DNA of 64,000 nt, taken from positions 319,114,001 through 319,178,000 of the forward strand of contig OZ024742.1 in the NCBI GenBank assembly GCA_964016885.1, read 5' to 3'. Position 1 is the stretch's first letter. Each line of letters starts with the position of its first letter. This stretch comes from Eledone cirrhosa. Its lineage: Eukaryota. The notes under the pieces were generated by a model. The model made no database searches and was not told the DNA's origin. It saw nothing but the letters and a program-made list of their open reading frames with translations. The position numbers and the translations under genes are program-made. Positions 34,781 through 47,840 of this stretch are shown here, one piece after another.

Positions 34781-34980
34781 GTGTGGTAGACTTAATCTGT
34801 CACCCAGTTTAATACCACCACCTCGCCCTAGGGTGGTAGACTTAATCCATCACGCAGTTTAACACCACCACCTGACCCTAGGGTGGTATACTTAATCCAT
34901 CACACAGTTTAACACCACCACCTGACCCTAGGGTGGTAGACTTAATCCATCACACAGTTTAACACCACCACGTTGCCCTA
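34781..34980. repeat. 50-bp minisatellite, 4 copies
   Basis: Unit gggtggtagacttaatccatcacacagtttaacaccaccacctgacccta. Confidence 0.93.
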
Positions 34981-35510
34981 AGCGTTTGTCTAATGCTCTA
35001 ACAACTTCGCCAATCCACCGCCTTAATCTACAAAATAATAATGATTTTTAAGCTCATAGCCAGCAATTTTGGGAGGTGAAAGTCGATTAAATCAACCCAA
35101 GACTGATATTTTATTTTATCAACTTCAGAAGGATAAGAGACACAGATGATCTCAGCAGGATTTGAACTCAGAACATAAAAGGCCGAGATAAATAAAGCAA
35201 AGCCTGTTCAATGCTCTAACAATTCTGTCAACATAATATGATTTCTAATTTAGGCCCAAGGCCAGGAATTTGTGTGAAAGGAAAAACCGATTATATCAAC
35301 CCCTGTATGTTATTGGTACTTTATTTTAAAGACCCCAAAAAGAGGAAAGATAAAGTTGATCACAATGGGATTTGAACTCAGAATGTATAGAATGTTCTCC
35401 GACATTCTCAGAATTCTGTCAATATACTATATAATAATTCTTTTAACATTTGAACAAGGTTAGCAATTTGAAAGAATGGGAAAGTCGATTATAGTGACCC
35501 CAATACTTAA

Positions 35511-35710
35511 CCGTTTAGCATTTAGATTACTCTATATTTACTATTATATTTTCATAGTAAAGGCTTTAACTCACATAATATCGAATCTATGAGATTTTGA
35601 TATTATTTATTTTGAGAACAAAATCAGTATGAGCGGCTATTTACAGTCGGTTTGAACAGAAAGAGGTGAGAGAATTCTGGGTGGATATGGCCAATTTAAA
35701 TGCTAAAGGG
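35511..35710. mobile_element. piggyBac MITE family 1 inserted into a SINE
   Basis: TTAA flanks; the SINE sequence gaccccaatact...ctggtactttattt is interrupted. Confidence 0.85.
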
Positions 35711-35871
35711 TTAACTGGTACTTTATTTGGTCGACCTCATAAGGACGCAAAGCAAAGTTGTCTTTGATGGGATTTTAACTCAGAATGTAAAAAGCCTGAG
35801 GAAAAACTGCTAAACATTTGTCTGATGCTTTGATGACTTTTCACTGCCCTTGCTTTTCATATAGAAATCTA

Positions 35872-36057
<186 letters not shown>

Positions 36058-38339
36058 TCATATTTCAAATTCATAAAACTGAGGTATTTTCATCAACAAA
36101 TATGGGTCAAAGGAATTATTTTCAAAATTGAATTAAAATATGAATAAAAATTCAATTTAAAATATAAAATCAAATTAAAAATAGTAGTTCTTTTTTTTTT
36201 TAAGTTGAAATTACAATTTTAAATTTCACTGCTCCAGATTTTGATAAAAAAAAAACCTCAGGTTTATTAATTTGAAATTTCAAATTCTAAGGAAAAAAAA
36301 AATCTTTATTACAGAAAAAAATTTATTTTTTTAATTTCCATCATTTTTCTACATTTCTTTATCTATCTATATGTTCATTTTCGAATTTTCTCTCTATCTC
36401 TACTATCCATTTTTTCTGTGTCTACAAATTTCCTTTCTCTTTTGTCTGTGGTTCTTATTTGAAACAATATTTTCTCAACATTTTTTTTTCAAAAATGACA
36501 ACTGCAAGTCATATCTTTTGTGGAATCCCTATAAATTGTCTTTTACTATTGCTATAAGTTCAGTTTTATGTTATCAACATCTGAAATCTATTCTCAGCTT
36601 AGTACTACAAATCTGACATTCTTACAGCTCTTTTTGATCTTATTACTTATACTCCTCTGACTGACATAGTCACAGACAAACACACCCTAACCTCTGGCTC
36701 ACAGTACTACAAGCAACCAAACTATACACTATCATTTCTGCATATAGTGATGAGCTTTGTCATCTCAAGGGAGTGAAGTAACTAGAATAAAGTTCTTTGA
36801 CCATGAAGACCAGCTAGACATTTTTACTGACTTTGCTGTTAATTTTGCCTCACAGAACCAATCACTGGTTTGCTGCATTTATAACTGTGAGAGTGGACAG
36901 GAAACATCTATAACTCAGTACAAAGGATTTTGTTTGAAAAGCTGCAGTTTTCCACTGATGTTTAAAACAAATTGCCAATATACATCAGCAAACGATATAC
37001 ACATATTTGCATATACACTCATACATGTTATCATCATTTAACATTTCATTTCCTTGCTTTCATGAATTTGAGGGATTGTTACATACTGAGGCTAGACAGG
37101 TCCAGTGACTGCATCTTGCTTGTGCATTCCGTTTTGGGCTTGGTTTCTACAGCTGGATGACATTCCTAATGACCATCACTTTACAGCATAAACTGGGAAC
37201 ATTTTATGATAGTTCCAGCATAATACACGCACACACACATATCTATCTATATATTATATATATGTATATGAAAATATTCAGGACCCCGACAGCTGACATC
37301 CAGCCATTTCGAAAGCTATATACACACATCTCTTTCTCTCTCTCTCTATATATAGGTATGTATGTAAAAGGTAAACAGAAATAACAACACAATCGGTACA
37401 GTATATGGAAGAGGTATATTAGGTTAACGCTTAAAGTCATCTATCCCTTAGCCATTACCTCCGTTCTGTCTTCCATTCATTCTTCATTCATTTCGAGGTT
37501 TTTACGAAGTCAGATACACTTGATTTCTGAAAGGCTAAAATGGATTACTAAAACTCCCAAACCATATCCCAGACATCCATACATTTCCAAGTATCTTTCT
37601 TCCCCAACTGCAAATGTTCCGCTGAATTGGCAGTATCAATAGAGGGTCGGATGCCATGCTTTCCAGCATAGTTACATCCCTTTACGGTCTGAGTTCAAAT
37701 CCCGTTGAGGTTAACTTTGCCTTTCATCCTTGCCGGGTCGATAAAATAAAGTACCAGTAGTGCACTGGGTAATTGCTGGCCTTGTACCAAAAGTAGAAAC
37801 AATTATTATTGTTGCTATTTATCATTTTGTTTGCCTCACAATATTTTTACCCTTGTTTTTTTCCCACGTTGGCTATTATGACTGTCTCTCTCTCTCTATG
37901 AAAGTCATCTATCCCCTTATCCATTACCTCCCTTCCATTCTCTTTTCAAGGTTTACGAAGCTAGATGAACATCTTCGAAATCCTAACATATTCGCCTTGT
38001 CTAATATGCGTACTTGTATCGGATTATTTCACCCAAACCTCCTGGGATGCTATAAGCCATGATGGCTACCTATCTCACAATTTCCCTCCCGCCCACCACC
38101 ATAGTCTATTCGACCAATCAAACCTCAGCAACATTTCACCCACCCATTACCAACTCCAACAAACTCTGCCATTATTACTATTACTACTAATTTTCTTCTT
38201 GCCCTTACCAGCCCCAACAAACCCTGCCATTATTACTACTACTGTCCTTTCTAGCCCTGAATTCTTTTACCGTTATGTATGGATGAGCTGAGGATAAATG
38301 GAGCAACCCCAAATAAATAAATGAATATGAATATGAATC

Positions 38340-39432
38340 TGCGAGTTACCAAGCACCCATGCGAAGCTTTAATTCAGAGACAGGAAGCATATACACACCC
38401 CCGCAAAAATTAAAAATTCACCCTTTCCCATGAATGATGGCAAATGCCCAAAACTCCAAGTTGGAACCATCAATGTAAGCACAATGAAAGGAAGAGCAGG
38501 AGAAATCATAGAGATGCTAGAGCAAAAGGAAATTGATGTATGCTGTGTAAAGGAGACCAGATGGAGAGAAAAGTCCACAAATTTTTCTGGGTGGGAAATG
38601 ACAACGGGATGGGTGGTGTAGGTATACTATTAGTTGACAAATGGGTTGATAAGGTAATCTCAGTGAAAAGGGTGAACGCAAGAATCATTAAACTCAGAAT
38701 AGTCCTGAATAAAACAGTTGCCACAATAATATCAGCTTACGCACCCCAATCGGGGTTGCCAGACGAACTTAAGGACAGGTTATACAAGTCCCTAATGCAT
38801 ACTACTGGATGGATGTGTAATAGTAATATACGCGAATGACAAAGCATAAACGAATTGAGAGAGAGACTGAGCATAAGAGGAATCAAATGTTGTGTGCAGG
38901 AGAGGAGGTTGCGTTGGTATGGACATGTGATGCGTATGAAAGATGACAGCTGCATAAAAAGGTGCAGAGCACTAGAAGTCGATGGAAGCCGCAGAGTGGG
39001 GAGACCTGGGATGAGGTGATAAAAGCCGACCTTACCCAATTACACCTCTCAAGGGCGATGACACATGACCGTGACCACTGGCGTCACACAGTAATACAGA
39101 AGACCCGGGTACAAGCTGAAGCTGAAGCATATAGACAACATGCCCCCGCCCCCTCACACTGCAAAGTGGTCATGGAGGTGACACGGCAAAAAAGCACCCA
39201 GCCCACACTGTAAAGTGGATGTGTAGGCACCATGGAAAAAATGCTCTCAGCACTCACTGTAAATGAGGTTGGTGTTAGGAAGAGCATCCAGCTGTAGAAA
39301 TCAAGCCAGAATCAGTTCTCGTATGAGCAAGACAAGGTCAGCCGACTGGACACTGCCCACAACAGTACTACCCATCTAACCCATGCTAGTATGAAAGAAC
39401 GGATGTAAAACGGTGATGATGATGATGATGAT
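38340..39432 (+). mobile_element. Internally deleted RTE (endonuclease N-terminus joined to 3' end)
   Basis: VGTINVSTM, CCVKETRW, GVGIL and ISAYAPQ followed directly (junction ~38806) by WMCNSNIRE...3' UTR and tail. Confidence 0.9.
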
Positions 39433-40009
39433 ATGAAAGACTACTGAATGAGGAGAATGCATGGTAAAAAGATAGTTTGCTCCAAATAAACCTAACAGAG
39501 GGACTGGCAGTAGTATAGTAAGTAAGGCAATCAAGGATATGAAGACATGGTGATCTGATCTGGCTTGTCTCACAATGGGGCAATTCTCATCTAACCCATG
39601 CTAACGTGGACAAATGGACGTTAAACGGTGAAGGTGATGATGATGATATACACACACATCACTATATATGCACACACACATCCATCTATATCAACGTACA
39701 CACACACATATATATAAATACACACACAACTATCTATCTATATATATACATATACACACACATCTATACATATATATATATATATACATACAACAGGCTT
39801 CTACACATTTCCATCAACTAAATTCCACTCAAAATGTATTGCCAACCAGAGGCAATGGTAGAAGACACTTGCACAGTAAGACTGAATGCAGAACCACATT
39901 ATTGAAGAGCAAACTTCTTAACCACACAGCCATCCCTGGGCTTCTTACAAAAAAATAATTTTTGTCATATGAAAATAAATCAAAGATAGAAAATAGGAAC
40001 TTTATTAAC

Positions 40010-40062
40010 CTATATGCAACCATTTCTCCTTGTGGCTGTTCCCATTTTAAGACAACATCTTT
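40010..40062 (-). CDS. ZYG11B: ZYG11-family exon
   Basis: tttcag|AAA GAT...TAT AG|gttaat; KDVVLKWEQPQGEMVAY(R) vs human ILKWPTPECEMVAYR. Confidence 0.93.
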
Positions 40063-41008
40063 CTGAAACAGAAAACGAAGAAACAGACAATTAGAATTAA
40101 GATGTATGTGTGCATGTGTGTGTGCACTTGATAGATTTGATGCCAAGTGCTGCATGGCTGGAATGAAGATCAGTGCTACACTCATTCTCTCAAGGAAGCA
40201 TGCGCAGTGCACTCTACATGTGAATAGAATTCCATTGAAGCAGGTTGAGAAGTTCAAGTATCTCTGGGTCGTGTTCACGAGTGATGGAAGGTAGGAGGCT
40301 ATATTAAATGTAAGAATTGCAGGAACTTGTGCAGTGATGCACCAGTTTCAGCATTCAGTAATCTGAAGAAGGAAGGTAGGTGTAAAAGCCAAACTCACTA
40401 TCTTCAATTTGGTATTCATGCCAACCTTTACCTATGGTCATGAATCTTGGCTAAGAACATATTGTGTGATCATCATTTCTCATGTTTAAAACATATACCA
40501 TATATCCTAGTATATAAGCCGTGTAATAAATGAAAAGAAAAAAAATTGATATATATTACAGGTCAATATTTTGCTGACTTTCACCAACTTCAAAATTCTA
40601 TATAAATGAAGTGCAAAAATATTTTTGCTTTGTTTCACTTTTGAGAGGAAATTCATATTTCCTACTGTTTTTGATATGTTTTGAATGAATATGGCCTTCA
40701 AAACGGTCAGAAAAATTACAGTGATATGGTTATTCTGAAACACTGCCTTAGAATTATTGTGACTGGAGATTTTCATTGACCAATACTCCATGATGGAGGT
40801 AGGGAATGCCCACTCAGACTGTTCTCAAGCCTCTCACCTCCACATCCCTATGCACCAAAGCTTGGTGAATGGCTTGGCTAGAACCAACATGACCACAGCT
40901 CAGTGGCTGGAACCACTACCATCATAAGCCAGTGGCTGAACACAATATCACCACAGTCCAGTTTTTCAATATAAAATAAAAAGAAAAGAAATATTAAAAA
41001 AAACTGAC

Positions 41009-41138
41009 CAATTCATTTAAGACATCATTTCTAGTTAGACTAGAACTCATCCAATATTCACTAGCATCACTGGCTAAATGGGCAAATATACCAGCTGCAA
41101 AGTAGCTCACATCAATTTGCTCTGCTTGAAGTAGACGC
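41009..41138 (-). CDS. ZYG11B: ZYG11-family exon
   Basis: tttcag|G CGT...TTG|gtcagt; RLLQAEQIDVSYFAAGIFAHLASDASEYWMSSSLTRNDVLNEL. Confidence 0.94.
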
Positions 41139-41401
41139 CTGAAAGAAAGGAAAGTAAATTCATACACTTTGTTGTTTATTATCATCTGGCTAAATTATCA
41201 TTAACTTGTGAAAACTCCATAATTTTACAAATCTATTTCAATACAATAAGGCTGTGTAGCCTGATGTTGGTGATTAAAAACAGAACCCAGTCCTATATCC
41301 ATGGTCAGTTCAATTAGCAACTATTGTAAGAAAAGTTTACCAATTCAGGGCAAAAGAAAAGGAAAAAGAAAGGAACAGAAGGACAATTCCACAAAGCTTA
41401 C

Positions 41402-41469
41402 CTCACAAGAAGGATGAAATCTTCTCGCATTAAAGCATATCTTAATTTCTCTACTTCTGCAATATTATT
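41402..41469 (-). CDS. ZYG11B: ZYG11-family exon
   Basis: tttcag|AAT AAT ATT...AG|gtaagc; NNIAEVEKLRYALMREDFILLV(R). Confidence 0.93.
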
Positions 41470-42575
41470 CTGAAAAAACATTTGAACAAAAACATTTTCA
41501 ATCAATGATTTTCATATAAATTAACAATATATATATTTATATTTGTATATATGTATTGTATTTGTCAATCTTCCTCATTCTCTCCACACAACTATTGTCA
41601 TACACCGATGACTTCATACGTGTCATCCTTCTATACCCATCCTCACTTCCCCTACACATGCTGCTTTGGGACAAGCCCACCCCCTTCCTCCCATAGGGAA
41701 GAGAGAGTTCTCTAGATGATTTAATGCCATCAACCTCCCTAGTGTTAATGCCATGATAAAATGCAGTATAGTGGTTGGTGTTAGGCAGGACAGATCACCA
41801 TAGAAACTATGCCAAAAAGGGTTGAGAAGACTCTTCATTTGTGCCAAAGGCACAAGAACCTTCTTAATGTCATTGCCATGATAAGATATACCCAGTGCAC
41901 TCTGTAAAGTAGTTGGAGCTACAAGGCACAACACTTTGAAAGGTAAGCATCAGGTATGTACACATCTTCAAATGAGTTATGTAAAGTCTCCCTGAGCATC
42001 TCTGACAAATAAAGTGAGTATAACGTTGGTGCTAGCAAGCAGACCTACATGATTCCCACTGTAACATCAAACTGTATAGAGATGGAGTTTACCTACATGA
42101 CCTGAAACCCCATACCACTATGTAGGAACTATATTATTAGTGAACTTTTCTTGGCATCTGAACCTTCTGAGATTCTGCCACAGATCCAACTGGTTTACTG
42201 TGTTGAATGCCTTTTGTGTGAAGAGTAAAAACTGCACACAATGCCTCGTTCTATTCTTTACATTTTTCTAGGCTTTCTCTGAGGCAGAATACTATATTCA
42301 TAGTATTTCTTGTTCTGAGTCCCAGTGCTTGACAAATAACATTCTGCCAATTCACTGACTACCCTCATCTTAAAGGAAACCAAACTTCCTAACATAGATG
42401 TTAGTGCAATGAAACCTCTGCTGGTTTGAAATGTTGAAGGAATAGAGGAAACTCAAATACCAAGACAAACACTCTCTATATAATAGAGTTGTCTAGTGGT
42501 GTGGGAAATCAGAGTATTGAACAGATCATTTTTATACTCTGCAGTATTAGATGAAATACTTTTTTTAATGTTTAA

Positions 42576-42783
42576 CTTTTTAGCATTTAAACCGGCTATA
42601 TCCGGCCAGAATTCTCTAACCCGTTTCTGTTCAAACCAGCCATAACCAGCTACTCAAACTGATGTTAGGGTATTTTTCTCAAAATAAATAATATCAAAAT
42701 CTCATAGACTCAATATTATGTGAGATAAATCCTTTACCATGAATATACAATTGTAAATATAGAGTAATGTAAATGCTAAAGGG
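42576..42783. mobile_element. piggyBac MITE family 1
   Basis: TTAA flanks; right TIR TAAATGCTAAAGGG. Confidence 0.88.
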
Positions 42784-43074
42784 TTAAAGTGATACATTCA
42801 TAATGCTGTTTTATACTTTTCAATAATGTCTTGCTAATGTGGTTTCATGTGATACAGGATGTTAAAAGTTAATACATGCAATTAAGGCCTCAATCACAGG
42901 TCATATCCAGATGACAGCTTCAACAATGGTTGACATTTCATTGCTAGCAGACTGCTTAGCTTCATAGTAACAGTTACCAGCTGCAATGATATACAAATGG
43001 TCTTTGCATTTGTCATGGTACAAATATCAGGTGTTTGTCTCAAAGTTTAAACCAGCCATGCAAGTGTAAGTTAA

Positions 43075-43330
43075 TGTTGCTCAGAGTTGCTGAAGCATGG
43101 AACAAACTATCTGCATCAGTTGTTAGCTGTCAAGACACTGCATCCTTCAAAACTTCCATGCTTCCCAAAATTCACCAACACCGGATATTCTTCCTCCATA
43201 CACACATGTATTTGTGTGTCTATCATGACTCATACACTGTTCACTTTCCTGACATTTGTACATTATTCTATGTACTATACATGCACCTTTGATGAGTTGT
43301 AGTGCACCTGAGCACAGTACACAATAATTT
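43075..43330 (+). mobile_element. CR1-like LINE 3' end
   Basis: RVAEAWNKLSASVVSCQDTASFK motif followed by an (ATT)n-like tail. Confidence 0.65.
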
Positions 43331-43505
43331 TCATTATCATTATTATTATAAGTGTTACTTATGTTGGGGGAAGTTGTGCCTACAGTGGTGGTAGCAACAC
43401 TATAGTTGTTGATGATGATGATGCAACAGCTGTGATAGCAAGACTGGAGGTAATAAGTGGTAATGATAAAAACAATAATTTTTTTTTTCAATAGATCCAA
43501 CTCAC

Positions 43506-43568
43506 CAATAAACCTAATATTTTTGTTTCTACCTGGACTTTGACATCATGCTGAACTGATTTAATCAC
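43506..43568 (-). CDS. ZYG11B: ZYG11-family exon
   Basis: ctatccag|GTG...TTG|gtgagt; VIKSVQHDVKVQVETKILGLL, which precedes NNIAE as in human QKVLGLL. Confidence 0.88.
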
Positions 43569-44976
43569 CTGGATAGAGAAAAAAAATTAAATACTTCAGT
43601 ATTCATTTCTAAAAAAAAATTCCATTTCATAAATCAAACAGAATCTAATTATGATCATATTTAGATACACTCACGCACACACACACATACTAACACTGCC
43701 ATGCCAAGCAAGTTGACACCATCCTCAACTTGGCAACGAGAATAGTATCTGGCACACTCAGTGGCTGCCTACCATTTCTCATATAGCTCTTTCTCACATG
43801 CAGTATCAGATTATCCGCGAAGCAACACTTCTTACCAAATCCAAACCCAGCCTTCCCATCCATGAAGACCTGGAAAACCTTCCCAACGTGCACTTAAAGT
43901 CATATAAACCATTCTGGGAATCAATGAAGACCCTTCAGGACAATAACTTTTATCTGAACAAAGCGTGGTGAGGATCATGGAATGAGTCCAAATTTGCCAA
44001 CCAAGACATCATCCAGAGCCTCACATCTAAACCAACTGGCATTGACCTTCCCAGAAAGCAATGGGTGTCCCTTAATTGGATCCCCACAACACATGCCAAG
44101 ACAGCCCATCATCTCAGCGATGGAAAACAAGGTAGCCGAGCATGTGACTGTGAGGACCCTGCCAGTTGGTTTTGCCTGTAAAATTAGCCCAGCAATACTT
44201 TCCTGAGACATTCTAACCACATGCCTGTAATATTGGGTGATCTCTCAATTCAGAGAAGTAGTAGCTCTATCTGAAGCGACTCTCTGATCTCAGAGCTAAA
44301 CACTCTATCAAGTAATATTACTCCAAAGACCCTTCGAAGGAACCCCCATCCCTACAAAAAAAAAAATGTATGCTTCAAATTTGTTAGAAGTAATTAACAA
44401 TTGTGATGGTAATTTTTTGTGACCAAAATATCTTTAAAAAATAACAACTAACCATTCAAATCAACTAAGCCAATACAAAATAAACGAAGACTATCATACA
44501 TTTGAATTTCATAAAAAGGCGGAAGGGTTAAGAGGACTCTTCGTTCACATCAATAATTTAATTGTTATACTGCTGGCAGTATGGTGAAAAACACCCGGTG
44601 CACTTTGTAAAGGGGTTGACATTAAAAAGGGCATCCAACCATAGAAACCATGACAAATAGAGAGTTGAAAGGAGTCTTCATTCATGTGAAGAATATGACA
44701 GCTTCTTTACTGTTGGTGCCATAATAAAATGCACCCAGTACACTCTGTAAAGTTCTTGACATTAGGAAGGATATCCAGTAGTATGCCAAAACTGAAATAT
44801 ATGTAAGTGAAATGTGGCCCCCAGCCAACTAAGAGGACAGTAGCTTCGATTAAGTACTGATGCATCTAACCCATGCTAGCATGAAAAAATGGATGTAAAA
44901 TGATGATTATGAACACGAGACAAAAGTTTAAAAAAAACGGAAAAAGAATTGCCTGTAGGTTATGTAGGTTACCTAC

Positions 44977-45047
44977 CTCTAGAGCTCTCATAAATAGATC
45001 AAGGCCTCCTTCACTCAAGAATACATTGCAGGTTGCAGGAGACTCAT
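44977..45047 (-). CDS. ZYG11B: ZYG11-family exon
   Basis: atcag|AT GAG TCT...GAG|gtaggt; (D)ESPATCNVFLSEGGLDLFMRALE. Confidence 0.93.
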
Positions 45048-45565
45048 CTGATATGGAAAAAACAAAAATACATAAAACATAAATGAAATAATATTTTCTG
45101 ATTTAAGCACAAGGCTAAAAATTTTGGGGAAGAGGGAAGTCAATTAAATCGTCCCTAGTACATTACTGGTACTTTATTTTATTGACCCCCGTAAGGATGA
45201 AAGGTAAAGCTAACCTCGGCAGGATTTGAACTTAGAATGTAAAGGGACGTAACTATATGCTACAAAGCATGTTGTCCAACACTGTCAAGCAACCAACCTC
45301 ATAATGAAATAATTGTTTCTACTTTTGGCACGAGGTCAGCAATTACCTAGTGCATTACTGGTACTTTATTTTATCGACTCTGTAAGGATGAAAGGCAAAG
45401 TTAACCACGGCGGAATTTGAACTCAGATCATAAAAGGCCGTAAATCTTTGCTGCAAAGCATGGCGTCCAACCTTCTACCGATACTGCCAATCCACTGCTT
45501 CATAATGAAATAATACAAAGAAATTAACACATTTACACTGTCATACTGTGTTACAAACTATTTAG

Positions 45566-46297
45566 CATGTGGCCTCAATCTACAACAGTCAAACTAACAT
45601 GTTGCCTTAATCTACAATGGTGAAACATGTTGCCTTAATCTACAACAGTAAAACATGTTGCCTTAATCTACAACAGTGAAAAGTTACCTTAATCTACAAC
45701 AGTCAAATTAACAAGCTGCTTTAATCTCCAACAGTGAAACATGTTGCTTCAATCTACAACAGTCAAACTAACATGTTGCCTTAATCTACAACAGTGAAAC
45801 ATGTGGCCTTAATCTACAACAGTGAAACATGTGGCCTTAATCTACAACAGTGAAAAGTTGCCTCAATCTACAACAGTCAAATTAACAAGCTGCTTTAATC
45901 TCCAACAGTGAAACATGTTGCTTCAATCTACAACAGTCAAACTAACATGTTGCCTTAATCTACAACAGTGAAACATGTTGCCTTAATCTACAACAGTGAA
46001 ACATGTGGCCTTAATCTACAACAGTGAAAAGTTGCCTCAATCTACAACAGTCAAATTAACAAGCTGCTTTAATCTCCAACAGTGAAACATGTTGCTTCAA
46101 TCTACAACAGTCAAACTAACATGTTGCCTTAATCTACAACAGTGAAACATGTTGCCTTAATCTACAACAGTGAAACATGTGGCCTTAATCTACAACAGTG
46201 AAAAGTTGCCTCAATCTACAACAGTCAAATTAACAAGCTGCTTTAATCTCCAACAGTGAAACATGTTGCCTTAATCTATAATAACAGTGAAACATGT
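45566..46297. repeat. Higher-order minisatellite: 174-bp unit of six 28-32-bp monomers, about 4.2 copies
   Basis: Monomer catgttgccttaatctacaacagtgaaa; the variant caagctgct recurs at 45712, 45886, 46060 and 46234 (period 174). Confidence 0.95.
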
Positions 46298-46773
46298 AAC
46301 TCATTCTACATTAATCAAACTTTTTTTTTTACATGCAGAATAAATAATTTATTAATAATAAAAATTTAAAAAAATCATAAACAAATCTATTTCAAATAAC
46401 AACACTACAGATATTTAAAAGCAGAAAATGAAGAGAAGGGCAAGGGCTCTAGGGTGACAGAAGAATGGGAGGGGGGACGGTGATAGGCTCTAGGCCTAAG
46501 GCGCAGCAGTGTTGGGGCTGCACCCTGTGGACAAGACTGTCGCATGCATGTTACCTCAATCTACAACAATATACAATTACAGATTGAATATAACATGGAC
46601 AGACTGTCATTCTTCTGCTAAACCAAGTAAACTCTACCTGAGGAAATGTTCATATTTGATGAACTAGATATATATGTGCCTCTAAAAATAGTTCATTACT
46701 TACCTCGTGACATACATTAGGATCTACCAAACAACAACACATCCACAACAAAACAACAATAATAATGATTTAA

Positions 46774-47021
46774 CCCTTTTGCTACCATATTTCTAATGAA
46801 ATATACTGCCTCAGTCTTTTAATAAAATTTTGATCAAATGTTTGGAAGAATTTCATAAAATAGCTTTTTCATTTGTAAGCTGATGTTTGGAGCATTATTT
46901 AATAAAACATTGTTAAATAAAATTAAGATGGAAGGTTTTAATAATAAGTAGAAACATTTTGAAATGGGTGATTTTGTATAATAAAACTAGGGTGGTTTCA
47001 AGTGGGATGGTATCAAAAGGG
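46774..47021. mobile_element. piggyBac MITE family 2 (relatives near 6200-6385, 49770-50005 and 53030-54510)
   Basis: ttaa-CCCTTTTGCTACC...GGTATCAAAAGGG-ttaa. Confidence 0.85.
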
Positions 47022-47698
47022 TTAATGGTTCAAAATTAGACTAGAAAGTAGACCAAATATAATGTTCAAAAATTCCATACTGTTCAGTGACTCTTCTAAC
47101 ACACCAGATAAGTCTGTAGCGCACATTGTATACTGCCAATGTGTGGGATACAGACTAGAATAACAGTATATTTAAGGTGCAAGATCAATTTATGGGATAC
47201 TCAAATTATAAGGGCATCCAACCATAGAAAACCTGCCAAACAAAAGGGTCAGGCAGACTCTTCAGTGATTTCAAAGACATAACAACATCCCAAGAGCTGG
47301 TGCCCCAATAAAATGCACTCAATAGAGCACAGGAAGGTATTTAAGTGAGATGCTCGCTCCCAGCCTGCCTGAGCACCCAGTAGAGTATGGAGACATATGT
47401 AAGCAAGATACAGGACCCTTAGCCTATCTGAGGGGTCAGTAGCTCCACTTGAGTACTGACTCAGTCAAAGATAACCTGTCCAACCTTTGTTAGTAGGGAA
47501 AAAAGACGTCAAATGATAGTGATCATTATCGTTTTTAAATCCTGTAAATAATAAATTAAACATAAACATTACATATATTCTGATATGGAATTGGTAGGAT
47601 GGTAATCTGCTCCACTCAACCTTTAAGGGTTAAGGAGGGTTCAACTAGCAATCAAAGACACAAGTTTTTAGGTGAATAAAAATGTCTGGAAATCTCAC

Positions 47699-47840
47699 CA
47701 GTAAGATTCCAGAGAGCACTTAATGTGAATTTCAAGGTGATGTCAATAGCCATCTGCTCCATCTTCTGATGCACCAGTTCCAGCATCTTTTGCATATAGT
47801 GATGGGTTCCCCCAAGTCTTGATGTCTCTTCCGTTGAGAT
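47699..47840 (-). CDS. ZYG11B: ZYG11-family exon
   Basis: aacag|ATC...ACT G|gtgaga; ISTEETSRLGGTHHYMQKMLELVHQKMEQMAIDITLKFTLSALWNLT. Confidence 0.94.

Noticed and set aside
45566-46297. CRISPR-like look of the 28-32-bp repeats
   Set aside because: Repeats are contiguous with no unique spacers, the context is a eukaryotic intron, and there are no cas genes.
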